From: Adineta vaga
Taxonomy: Eukaryota; Animalia; Rotifera
Assembly: GCA_021613535.1 (NCBI GenBank)
Contig: CP075492.1
Location: 11,718,001-11,782,000 of the forward strand
Direction: 5' to 3'
Length of the DNA stretch: 64,000 nucleotides
This document shows positions 26,301 to 38,234 of this stretch, piece by piece. The position numbers and the translations under genes were made by a program. The notes under the pieces were generated by a model, which was not told the origin of the DNA, made no database searches, and saw only the letters and a list, made by a program, of their open reading frames with translations. Within the stretch, counting starts at the first letter, position 1; each line of letters opens with the position of its first letter.

Positions 26301-29300
26301 TGATTACAAATTAATATCGAATGAATCACGAAAATCTATTGCAAATTTTATGGCTGATACACATATTGATGTGAATCAAATATCGATTCAATATTTTCTT
26401 CATGAACGACGATCGTATTATACTACACCAAAAACATTTCTTGAATTTATCAAATTATTTCAACATATTTATGAAAATAAACAAAAGAAAATTGAATTAG
26501 AAACAGTTCGTTTGCTTGCGGGATTAGAAAAGCTCGGTTCAATATCAGCACAAACGGCTATTTTACAAGAAGATTTAAAAGTTACTACAGAAGAAGTAAA
26601 TACGAAAGCTGAACGAGCAGAAATTGCATTGAAAATAGTTACAGCTGAAGCAGATAAAGTAGCAAAAGAAAAGGTATGTTCATTCGTTTATAGGAAATGT
26701 CTAACTATTTGTATTCAATTTAGTCCTTTGCTGATGAAGAACGTCGAAAAATTGAAACGAAAAAAGCAGCAGTTGAAAAAGTACAAGCAGCATGTGCCAT
26801 AGAATTGTAGGATTGATTTGAACTACTGATGATGATTTCGCACATTTTGATTGCATATAGAGCAAAAGCAGAACCTGTACTCGAAGCAGCACGATTAGCA
26901 CTTGAGAATATTGAAAAAGGACAATTAACAGAACTGAAATCGTTTGCATCTCCACCCGAAGCCGTAAAATTTGTTATGAATATGGTTGGTAAGTAGAACT
27001 AAACTGAAGTTTACAGATTCCTTCGATACGCATTCATTTTAGTGGTACTTTTTAAATGGGTTGATGAAAATCGAATTATTCCAGAAAGTCAACGAACATG
27101 GACTGAAGCAAAAAATACTATTGGACCCGTAGAAAAATTTCTACAACGTTTGAAAAATTTCCAAGTTGCTAAAGTAATATAGTACTATTGTTGAAAATTG
27201 CATTGTTGCCTTTATCTATTGCAATAAATCATTTTAGGTAACGCCTCAAGTCAGAGCAATTATTGATAAACTCAATTCTACTCTAATGAATATAAGTAAA
27301 ACTAACAATATTGAAAGTTTAATTCAACAGATAGCTTTGAAATCCGCTGCAGCAGGCGGTATCTATACTTGGCTGGATAGTGAGATGCAAGAATCGTTTT
27401 CATCTATTCGTATAAAGACATTTGTCATTCTAGATACGTTGAAGTTCCATACTGTTTATCTGGAAGTCAAACCAAAACAAGTAGCTTTAGATACAGCAAA
27501 TGAAGAATTAAGTCGAGCTCAGCAAGCTTTCTCAAAAATTCTTGCTCGTGTACAAATACTTGAAGATGCACTTACAGAAGAAAATCTCAAAATGCAACGA
27601 GCACTTGCGGAAAAAGATGATGCTGTTCGAACTAAAGAAAGATTAGCACGACAAATTGATTTAGCTGAACGTCTTGTTGATGGTCTTGCATCCAGTCGAA
27701 TTATTTGGACAAAACGTGTTGAAACATTTAAAAATGATTTGGAAACATTAGTTGGTGATGTTCTATTAGCATCAACTTTTATTTCTTATGCTGGATATTT
27801 CTCGAGATCATATCGAATGAATCTTGTTAACAAATGGAGATCAACTATTATTGCAACAAAAGTAAATCAACAATGATTTCGTCTACCTTTTATGCATATA
27901 AGTAATCCATAGGGAACTATACCAATGCGAACTGATCTACAACCATTATCAATTATGATTGATGATGCTGATATTGCTGAATGGTAAACTGTTGAATTCT
28001 TCTTGCAACGTGAATAAATTGTATGTTTTTCGTTATAGGATGAATCAAGGTCTTCCAGCTGATCAGACATCATATGAAAATGCTGCTATTCTTACTTATT
28101 GTTTACGTTGGCCATTAATGGTTGATCCACAAGGGCAAGGTCTTCGTTGGATAAAAAATTGTTTTACCGATAAACTTGTCATACTTCGTTATAATAGTAA
28201 AAGTTATCTTGATCGTTTCGAAGCATGTATTCGTCGAGGTGATACTCTTCTACTTGAATGTGTTGAAGAAAATATTGATTCTATTTTGGAACCAATTATT
28301 AGTCGTAATTTAATTCGTAAAGGACAAGCAGTGAAATTAGGCGATAAAGAAATTGATTATCATTCAAATTTCCGTTTAATTATGCAAACACGTTTAGCTA
28401 ATCCACATTTTCAACCAGAAGTTCAAGCTCAAACTACATTAATTAATTTCAGTACAACACGTGATGGTCTCGAAGCACAATTACTAGCAGAAATTGTTGC
28501 AGTAGAACGACCTGATTTAGAAAAGAGTAAATTCGAAGTGACAAAACAACAGAATGAATATAAAATCAATCTAAAGAAATTAGAGGATTCATTATTAGCT
28601 CGTTTAGCTACAGCTGAAGGAAATTTTATAAAAAATGTTGAACTTGTTGTTACACTAGAACATACTGTCAAAACGGCATTAGAAATTGAACAGAAGAAAG
28701 TTGAAGCTGAAAAATTCAGTCAACAAATTGATCGTACACGAGAATTGTATCGGCCAACAGCCATTCGTGCTTGTATTATTTATTTTCTTATGAATGATTT
28801 ATCAAAAATTCATCCCATGTATCAATTTTCATTGAAAGCATTTCGAACAGTTTTTCTCAAAGCAATCGATCGTGCAGAACAAAATGAAGATCTACGTGCG
28901 CGAATTGAAAATCTTATTGATGCAATTACATTTGCTTCGTATTCGTATATTATTCGAGGAGTTTTTGAAGAACATAAATTAATTTTTACTTTGCAATTAT
29001 TATTACAGGTTAATTCAAAGTAGTAAAATCATCAAATTAGTTTTGTTAATCATATAGATTTTAACGGAAAAAGGTGAAATTGATATGATTGAACTGGATT
29101 TATTATTACGTAATCCTCAAGAAACACATGCAGGAAGTCCTGTAGAATTTCTCAATGAAAAAGCTTGGGGTAATATTAAAGCTTTAGCACTAGTGTCAAC
29201 TTTTCATGGACTCGATCGTGAAATTGAAACATCAAGTAAACGATGGAAAAAATATGTCGAAAGTGAAGCACCAGAATTAGAAAAACCGCCAGTAAATCCG

Positions 29301-31689
29301 TTCATTCAAATGTTCATTTTCATATGAAAATATTTTCAATTCAGGGCGAATGGAAAAGTAAATCTACCATGCAACAATTGTGTATTCTTCGTGCTGTTCG
29401 ACCAGATCGAATGCTCTATGCATTAAAGTAAATGAAAAAGTTCATTTTCTATTGATTCGAAATTCTTTCCAATAGATTATTCATCGGTGAAAAACTTGGC
29501 AAAAAATATACGGAAATTCGTGCACCTGATTTTGCACATACATATGAAGAATCATCCAAATCGATACCTATTTTTTTCATCCTTTCACCTGGTGTTGATC
29601 CATTAAAAGAAGTTGAAACGTTAGGCAAAAAACTGGGTTATACATCTCAAGCAGGCAAATTCTACAATATTTCGTTAGGACAAGGTCAAGAGATTGTAGC
29701 AGAAAATGCCTTGGAAATTTCAGCAAAAGAAGGTCATTGGGTTGTGTTACAAAATATACATTTAGTACGACATTGGTTACCAATATTGGAAAGAAAATTA
29801 GAACGGATATTAGAAAGTGGACAAGAAAATTTTCGTCTTTATATGTCAGCAGAACCGAGTGCCGATGTCAATATGCATGTGATACCACAGGGAATTTTAG
29901 AAAGTTCAATTAAAATTACTAATGAATCACATACAGGTAAGAATTTAATGTATTATATACATGACTATCTAACTTGATATTATGTTATATTTAGGAATGT
30001 TAGCAAATCTTCATAAAGCATTGGATAATTTTGATCAAGAAGTATTAGATTCTTGCAGTAAAGATACACAATTCAAAGTGATCCTTTTTGCTCTATGCTA
30101 TTTTCATGCTGTTGTCTCTCAACGAACAAAATTTGGTCCTATTGGTTGGAACAGGTAAGATCCATCGCTTTCTTGAATAAGGCAAATATTTATTCTATCT
30201 ACTAGAAAATATCCATTCTCTTCTGGAGATTTACAGATCTGTATTGATGTCTTACGTAATTATCTCGAATCGAATGTCAAAATTCCATGGGAAGATCTAC
30301 GTTATATCTTTGGTGAAATCATGTATGGCGGTCATATAACAGATGATTGGGATCGTCGTTTATGTCGAAATTATCTTGAAACATATTTAAATCCAAGTAT
30401 GTTCGAAGGTGATCTTCAGTTAGCATCCGATTTTCCATTACCACCATCCTTGGATTACAAAGCATATCATGCTTATATTGATGATAAACTTCCAAGTGAA
30501 TCACCGAAACTCTATGGACTTCATCACAATGCAGAAATTGATTTTCTTTCTCAAACAAGTGAGAAATTGTTTCGAGTTCTGATGGAAATTTCTCCAAGAG
30601 AAACAAATACTAACAATCAAGGACAAAATGCGACATTATCACGAGATGAAAAAGTAATCGAGGAATCTTCTGCACTCTGAAGGTATAAACTTTTATTTAA
30701 ATTAGATTCGAAATGTTTTGGATGAACTTCAAAATCATATTCCAGAAGATTTTAGTATCGTAGAATTACGTGCACGATTAGATGAACGTAATCCATATGC
30801 AGTTGTTGCTTTACAAGAAGCGGAACGAATGAATAATTTATTAAGAGAAATTCGTCAAAGTCTGAAAGAATTGGATGGTGGTCTCAAAGTTCGTTTAGGA
30901 TATGTTTTGTATTCTTTGGAATCAATGGTGTTTTCTAATCTAGGGTGAATTGGCCATTTCAAATGAGATTGAAATCTTACAAGAATGTTTTTATTTGGAT
31001 CTTGTACCAATTCAATGGGCTAATCGAGCTTATCCATCACTTTATTCATTAGGTTTATGGTTTCATGATATGTTAAATCGTTATCGAGAAATTGATAATT
31101 GGATCGCAGATTTTCAACTACCTAATTCGATTTGGTTAGGTGGACTTTTTAATCCACAATCATTTCTTACGTCTATCATGCAATCTGTAGCACGAAAACA
31201 AGATTGGCCACTTGATCGAATGTGTTTGATGGTAGAAGTGACGAAGAAACAACGAGAAGAAATACAAAGTGCACCAAAAGATGGTGCTTATATTCACAAG
31301 TATGTTCGGATTGTTCATTTATAAATCATATTCTAATTACTTTTGTATTCGAAAAAAAACAAACAAATATTAGCTTATTTATTGATGGAGCACGCTGGGA
31401 TAAACAAAGTAATTTATTAATTGAAGGAAAATTGAAAGAATTATGTCCACCAATGCCAGTGATATTCGTGAAAGGTAAGTTGTTTTTCTTAACGAAAGTT
31501 TTTGTTAGAAAAAATGTTATATTTGAAGCTATACCAATCGATCGATTGGATACAAAAGGTATGTATGATTGTCCTGTGTATCGGATTAAAACACGAGGAC
31601 CTACATATATATGGCGTTTCAATTTAAAAACAAAAGAAAAACCTTCGAAATGGGTACTTGCTGGTGTAGCATTATTATTACAAACATAA
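14344..31689 (+). CDS. DNAH9: Axonemal outer-arm dynein heavy chain, beta type (DNAH9/11/17-like), dozens of short introns
   Basis: N1/N2 tail; AAA1 GPAGTGKT and CFDEFNR (split by introns); [23 protein letters not shown]; AAA2 GNAGTGKT; AAA3 GSAGTGKS; AAA4 GVGGSGKQS; stalk; AAA5/6; C-terminus [13 protein letters not shown]. One apparent frameshift near 15380. The symbol marks the DNAH9/11/17 group, not a 1:1 orthologue. Confidence 0.9.
21545..21659 (+). tRNA. trnL-CAA: tRNA-Leu(CAA) with a 28-nt intron (21583-21610), nested in a dynein intron; encoded CCA at 21657-21659
   Basis: Acceptor stem GTCAGCA/TGCTGAC, A box TGGCCGAGTGG, anticodon arm CCAGA-CT-CAA-G[intron]T-TCTGG, long variable arm, B box GGTTCAAATCC, discriminator A at 21656. 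Confidence 0.95.
21660..21667 (+). terminator. RNA polymerase III oligo-T terminator
   Basis: T8 run immediately after the tRNA 3' end. Confidence 0.8.
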
Positions 31690-32130
31690 AGGATTCTATT
31701 TCTTAAATAAAATGAATTTATGAAATTTAACACTACGAATATGATATTTGATTGTATTGATATTTGTACGATTGTTGCTATTCGTTATTATAGTACTGAT
31801 CAAAGCAGCTCGGAAATATCTTGAGAATGTGAGTCATTCTTCTTCACCCACACCCACCCTACAAAAGGAAAGATCCATACATAGAGGGAAAGAAAAACCC
31901 TAGAAAAATAGAACGATTATTTAAGAAGAGGAAAGAAACATGGGAACATATACATATAGAATGAGATCACATGTAAAAAATATAATCAACACTTGTAGAT
32001 ATCTACTTAGTGAGTATCTTTGGATGTAATAGGAATTTTTGTAGATTCCTAAAATGATTGAACTTTTGGAGACCGTAATAAAAAATGAATTCAAAGGTAA
32101 TTTATGTTTTTAGGTTATATTTTTGATCAA

Positions 32131-32353
32131 TGAATACATGTATCGGCTGGAATGGATACTGAGGCGGTAGAAGAGTACACTTTTATCGAAATACATTTGA
32201 GGAGTCGAAAAAGAAAGTAGATGTTCTAGAATTTTATTCTTCCTTGTCAGTTGTCTGTACAGCAGTCATATTCTTTATTCTTGCTTGAATCCTAAATAAA
32301 AATCTAGACGTATCTATCGAATATAGTTTTAAGTATACAGCCGATGTTATTCA
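32131..32353. repeat. Imperfect nested inverted repeat (foldback or decayed MITE-like)
   Basis: 32131-32149 TGAATACATGTATCGGCTG resembles the reverse complement of 32338-32353 (TGAATAACATCGGCTG). 32218-32238 TAGATGTTCTAGAATTTTATT resembles the reverse complement of 32295-32316 (TAGATACGTCTAGATTTTTATT). Confidence 0.5.
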
Positions 32354-32637
32354 AATCATCTATATATTCATACATGAATTGGGAAGCACTGAACTGATTT
32401 CAATATTTACAATCGAAATATGATTTGTCATATATTCTTTTTGAGAAAAAACATTATTTGTACAAAAATACATTACATATCATGTGTATTTATCAAGAAA
32501 ATTATTCCTATTTACTGAATAAATGAACAATAATCAATTCATAGATAGAGGACGGACGAGTAAATCATAAGAGAAGGAACTTATAAAACAAGTCATCGAT
32601 ATAGTTCGCAAAAGGGATTGTTTGAATATCTTGATAG

Positions 32638-35600
32638 TTAATTCATCCATTTACGACAATTGATTGCTCCGCATAAACATGGAATTTTCGAATCTTCTTC
32701 GAAATCGAATTTATAATCATACTTAATTTCTTCACCTTTTGCAATACGTCGATTGGTTATGATGACAATTTTATTTTCTTTGTCGACTTGTACAACTTCT
32801 GTAAAAGCATTTGGCTATTTCGTACGAAAGAAAAAATGACATTCATCAAATAGAAATTATCAAAAATAGTTGCTTACATCACAACAATGATTAATATATC
32901 GAGCTAAGCAACCACTCACTGTAGCGTCAATAACACAATCATCATCCAATCGAAACATATAGATTCCACGATTGTGTTCTTCATATAATTTTTCTCGTTT
33001 ATTAGCCACTTCATTGCGAATTAATTCACCAATATATTCAATAATCATGGTATGTTTTTCAAGATCACGTGCAGCAAATAAACCTAAACCCTAAACAATA
33101 TTGTTTTTTTTTGCTTCTAAAAACAAATAAACACTAATTGATCAAATATTTACTTGAATTCGTGATTTCGCTAAATAAACATTTTGCCGCCATTCGGCTT
33201 TTAGCTTTCGATATTGTGTAGATTTTGATAGTACAAATTGTTTACCATAAGGAACTTGACTAGCTATAACGATAGAATGAAGTCTTTGTCACTGACTATC
33301 TTTTAGAAATGATTTACTCTCAGTTCCAAGTAAACTCCTTGGAAGTACAATTCGAGCTGCATGAGAACTTGTCAATGTTTGTGCATGTCTAAATATAAAC
33401 TTTCGAAAATAAGAAATCACTATGTAGATTATCTCTACCGTCGAAAATGTGTTTGTAATTTGGGTTCACTTCGTGCACAACCAGTTGGATTTACTGTTAA
33501 TGGCATGTCGAATAATTGTAATCGACCATATTTAAAAGCATAATTAGGTAACATTTCAACACCTGGTAATGATTCAATTAGACGAGTAATATGTGGTTCC
33601 TAAAATTTCATAAAATTTGAAATTTTTCTAATTTCAAAAGAAAAAACAAGTTACTGTTAAGCCAAATAAATCTTCACCACTAACAAACACGGGAAACATT
33701 TTCACTAGATTATGTTTACGTCTTAAAAGATCAATTTCACGAATGATTTTATGCCAAACACGTTTTGCACTGGAATCAAGAAATTCTTCGATTTGATCAT
33801 CTTCATGTACAGTTATTCGAAACATTGGTTTATTATCAATATCAATTATTGAGCATAGATATGCACATCGACGATTTGGATGATGCAAAGACCAATGGAA
33901 CCTTGTAGCAGTATAACCAACCTAGTTTTTTTCAGATAGATATAGCATTTTGAAGTAAAATTCACATGAGACTTACAGGATAAATATAACTACGATTGTA
34001 AAATGCAGATGTTTGTATTTGATGAGGTAATAATTGACCAACATTATGGAGAATTAGACTACCAATACGTAATATATATGATTTATCTTCATGTTCATCA
34101 GTCATATAACTAAACGAAAGAAATATTTTTTCGAATGAGATTCGTTATGTATATCAAGACTAACTTTTGAATTTGTTTAATTTCATCTCGTTCAATCCAA
34201 ATTCTTCGAAGAATTGCTTTATCTTCCAATATTTGATCAATAGATACTGTTTTCGATGCATGCGTTGGACACATCATTGTCTTTAAAAAAAAAGATACAT
34301 TTCTTCAAAGAGAAATCTCTTTATTCGAACCTCTTACTTTATCTTTATAGAAAACACATCCATTATCAGTTGCACAATACAAATGATATGTATTCGAACA
34401 TCGTTGATAAAAACAATTTAAACTACTTCCTTTTTGTTTACATATAACACATTCCGTATTTCTCGAACGTGTATATGCTTGTTCAACAGACATTAATGAA
34501 CCACTTAATGTTTCATAAACTTCTGATGACCAAAATGCGCAATTTAAATGACACCATTGACCAACATTAAGATTCAATAATCTAATAGAATATTAGAAAA
34601 TCAAATCTACCAATGAAAAACTATAGATCAAGTACCTTCCTGGTCCATTTGATAGCATATCACCAATACCATTACAAAAAACACAGACACGTTTATCTTG
34701 TGCTGCATTGGATGCTAATGGTATTCTTGTTACTGCAATTAACTGTTCAATATCAGTATCATTCGATGGTTGAACGATTGTTTCAGGTAACAAACTAGGA
34801 CTCCATCGTTTCCATCGTTTCATAGATTTCAACTAAAATATACACAAACATAAATAATCTATGATACATCGCAATAATCTACTTCATTAAGATGAATCGT
34901 TTCTCGTTTGATGGGTAATTGTTTTTGTATTTGAATATCAACCGGTTCATTCTTTATGCTATGTTGTGATGGGTGATGGTTGAGTACCAGTAATATATAT
35001 ATTGAAGCATTGTTCATTACAAAAATAAATAAATGGTTCTGCATTGGATGTTGATTCACGAAGATGTACTGGTAATTCATTTAAGCGTTTTTTTAATAGA
35101 TTTTCAGCAGTTAAGTTTTGTAAACAATTACGACAGATTTTCGGTTGATTATCAATCAATGATTGAATATTGACGCTGGTTTCACGGCCGATTTTATAAA
35201 TAGATGAAGCACGACTAATAGCAGGTTTTTGTGGAGAAACAGATAAAATACTATTTGAATTCGTTGTTGATGAACATGTACAATTATGAGTATTATTTAA
35301 TGTTTGATGAACATCAATCGTTGTTGGATACGCCATTTTAAGTAAATCAGTTACAGCAGCAATAACACTTTGTACATTATTGGCCGCTTCTGTGGTCAAT
35401 GTTAATGTTACTGATACCTAAATAATTTGAAATAAAGATAAGATTTATTGTATTATGTGAATTGAATTCATTTACTTTTTCTGTGCCATCAACAAGTGGT
35501 TGATCATTTTCGCTTGACAATTTAGGCGATATTATCGTTGATAGACTTTCATTTGACATCAATATCGGACTTAATGGTCGGTAGTCATGATCATCTGATG

Positions 35601-37131
35601 TTGATAATGTTTTCAATAGATGAAAATTTTCTGTTTGAATATCATTAATCAGATCTTCATTTTCTGCCATTGTTGATGTTGAAATAATACTTTCATCATC
35701 TTGAAAATTACTATTTTGTTTCATAAGTTCTGATAATTTATCGGATGAATCTATTTGTAATGGTGGAGAAGGTAAACATGGCGGTCGATCTAGTAGATTT
35801 GAACATAGACGATAACGTCGTTCAAGTGAAGACAAGGGATTTATGATTGGTTTTGGTGGTGCTCGTCGATATGAACGATAATAATCATTCATATCATCAA
35901 TAAAAATATCACCAAATTCACCTTGATATTGATGTTTTTTTATATTTGAAAAATTCATTGATAAAGGTAATTCTTTACTAAGATCAATCAGTGGTTCTAC
36001 AGGAGTTAACATTGGTAGATTACGTAACTGTTGTAATGAATATTCAACAAATTTTTCAGCTTCTTTCGCACCTTTTTCTGAATATTTTCAAGAAAATATT
36101 TCTCTTTTTTTCGATTGAAGAAAGACAAAAAGCAACTTACTTTTGCGTTTTTGTAATTTCGCTGGTATATCATCTTCACACAACGTATTGGGATCATTTC
36201 CTTTTCGTTTTTTTCGTGGTTTAGGAATTGGTGGAAAACTTAGATTGTGACCATTTACTGAAGGATGTGCTTTGACTTCAGTTTCTGAAGGCTAAATAAG
36301 AAGAAATGAGATCAATGTACCTTACAATTCAAATTTTACCTGTAATAAAGATTTTAAAATATTATTGTCTGGAGGTAAATGGTCGTGAGGTTGTTGTTGT
36401 TGTCCATTCGTTCGATACAAAGTATTAGGATCATAAATAATCGGGGGCTGTTGTTGTGGTTGTTGTTGTGATGGTGGTGGTGCTGGCGGTGGTATCATTG
36501 TTCCATAAGTATTTGCTGATGTCATTCGTTGTTTCATCATTGGATGTCGATATTGTTGTGGTTGTATCGTAGCGGGATACCGTAAATGATTTGGAATTGT
36601 ACCATTATATGGATTGACTTTTCCAAGAACGAATCGAGGATTATTACTATGAATTCCAGTGGATGTCATATGATGGTTGTCAAAATTACTATATGACGAT
36701 GATTGATGTGGAGGATATGTTCCAATCATTGTTGGTGTTATTGATGCTTGATTCATATGATGCATATTAACACCTAAATTACTAGGAATCGGTGATGGAA
36801 GCGGTATGAGTGATGTTGTTGAGAGAGAATTTCCTGATGGCATATGTTCTGCTTGTCGAGTAATTGGAACATTGATATTGAAATTATTTAATAATTCCTG
36901 ATTGAAACGAACTGGATGCGAAGTAAGATTACGAGAATTGGAGATATTATTTGATGAATCATCGAATGGATTTTGTACAATTATTGTCCTAGAAGTAAAG
37001 ATTAAATTATATTATCCGATGTATAATATTTAATCATACATTGATTTTGCATGATGATCAACATTTGTAGGATGGATCATTTGTGTATATTGAGGAACTC
37101 CATCAAAATTGTTCAATATTGGTTCACTCAT
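32638..37131 (-). CDS. KMT2C: Histone H3K4 methyltransferase, KMT2C/D (trithorax-related) type, short form
   Basis: Extended PHD (CVFCNGIGD...GPGR|LLNLNVGQWCHLNCAFWSSEVYE), FYRN/FYRC, WIN motif NPTGCARSEP, SET domain (IIEYIGE...ARYINHCC), post-SET CLCGAINCRKWMN*, and an LxxLL box (ILKSLLQ). Confidence 0.9.
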
Positions 37132-38234
37132 CTAGCGTACTGTTCTATCTTCTTCTTTATTTTTTGTATTATCAAACGATTTACATATCACTTGTTCTAT
37201 AAAGTAAATGCAAAATCAATAAAATGAATGAAAGATATTTTTCTTCTCTACGAAAACATATTCGATGTAGGAAATTTCGAAAAGAAAAAGAAGATTAGAT
37301 GCCATTTTCAGATTCTTTTAGTTTTTCGAGGTCTCTTGTCACGGTTGACATACGATTTAAATTGAATTAGAGAGGCGAACTTTTGAAATAAAATAATAAG
37401 AATGAGAAAGCAAACTAGGACATGGAGTGGAATTTTTCAGACAAATCGATTCGTGATCTTTTTTCGTTGTTCAGATGTCGCCTCTGGATGGACATTGATA
37501 TACTCACGTATATCATTTTGATGGAGATAACAATGATGATATTTTTTTTTTGAAGAAAAAAATTAATCATGTATATTAAAGTCATGAAACCGTTCATATT
37601 TAACTTTGCTTACATGGCAATATGTTCAGTTTTAAGATGTAATAGTTACTTTTTTCAGAATACAAAATTACACAGTTGGTTTATTTTCGATGTCCATGTA
37701 CAGAAGAATATAGTTAAAGTTTTTATTACTCGTATTGATGTTCTGCATCTTTATCATTTGTGAAAATCAACTGAAGTATAAAGAAAAAGCGAAACAACGA
37801 TCCGAAACGAATATATGCTTTTACAGATATAGTTCTTACAATTTTGAAAAGAACGTCTTGTCCATCAGTTTGATGTCGATAGAAATTAATATTAGAAAAG
37901 AGAACTTCGACAAACTCGATCGTCGCAAAGAATTCGATAAATCATAACTTTTCAAATGTGTATCTCAAATAAAATACTTCTTTTCTTTTGTTCTATACTT
38001 TCATTTATTTTTTTTCGTTCTTTTCTACTTGTCCTGTAGTTGTTCGTAGCGTGACGCTTTTCGTGACTCGTTACATCAATGTGACCAAGGCGACAATGTG
38101 AAATTACGTGTATGAGTATACTTATTTCTTTCGTTACATGTTCAGACAAGCAAATATATCTACCAAAGAAAGGTGAAAAATACACATCAATAGTTCAAAA
38201 GTAAAATTTTGTCAGAGTTCAACGTATCACTAAT
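37132..38234. promoter_or_regulatory. Probable bidirectional promoter and 5' UTRs between the KMT2C/D-like and ZMYND8-like genes
   Basis: Divergent ATGs lie ~1.1 kb apart. CpG-containing TGACG/TACGT-like motifs cluster at ~38045-38110. Positional inference only. Confidence 0.45.
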
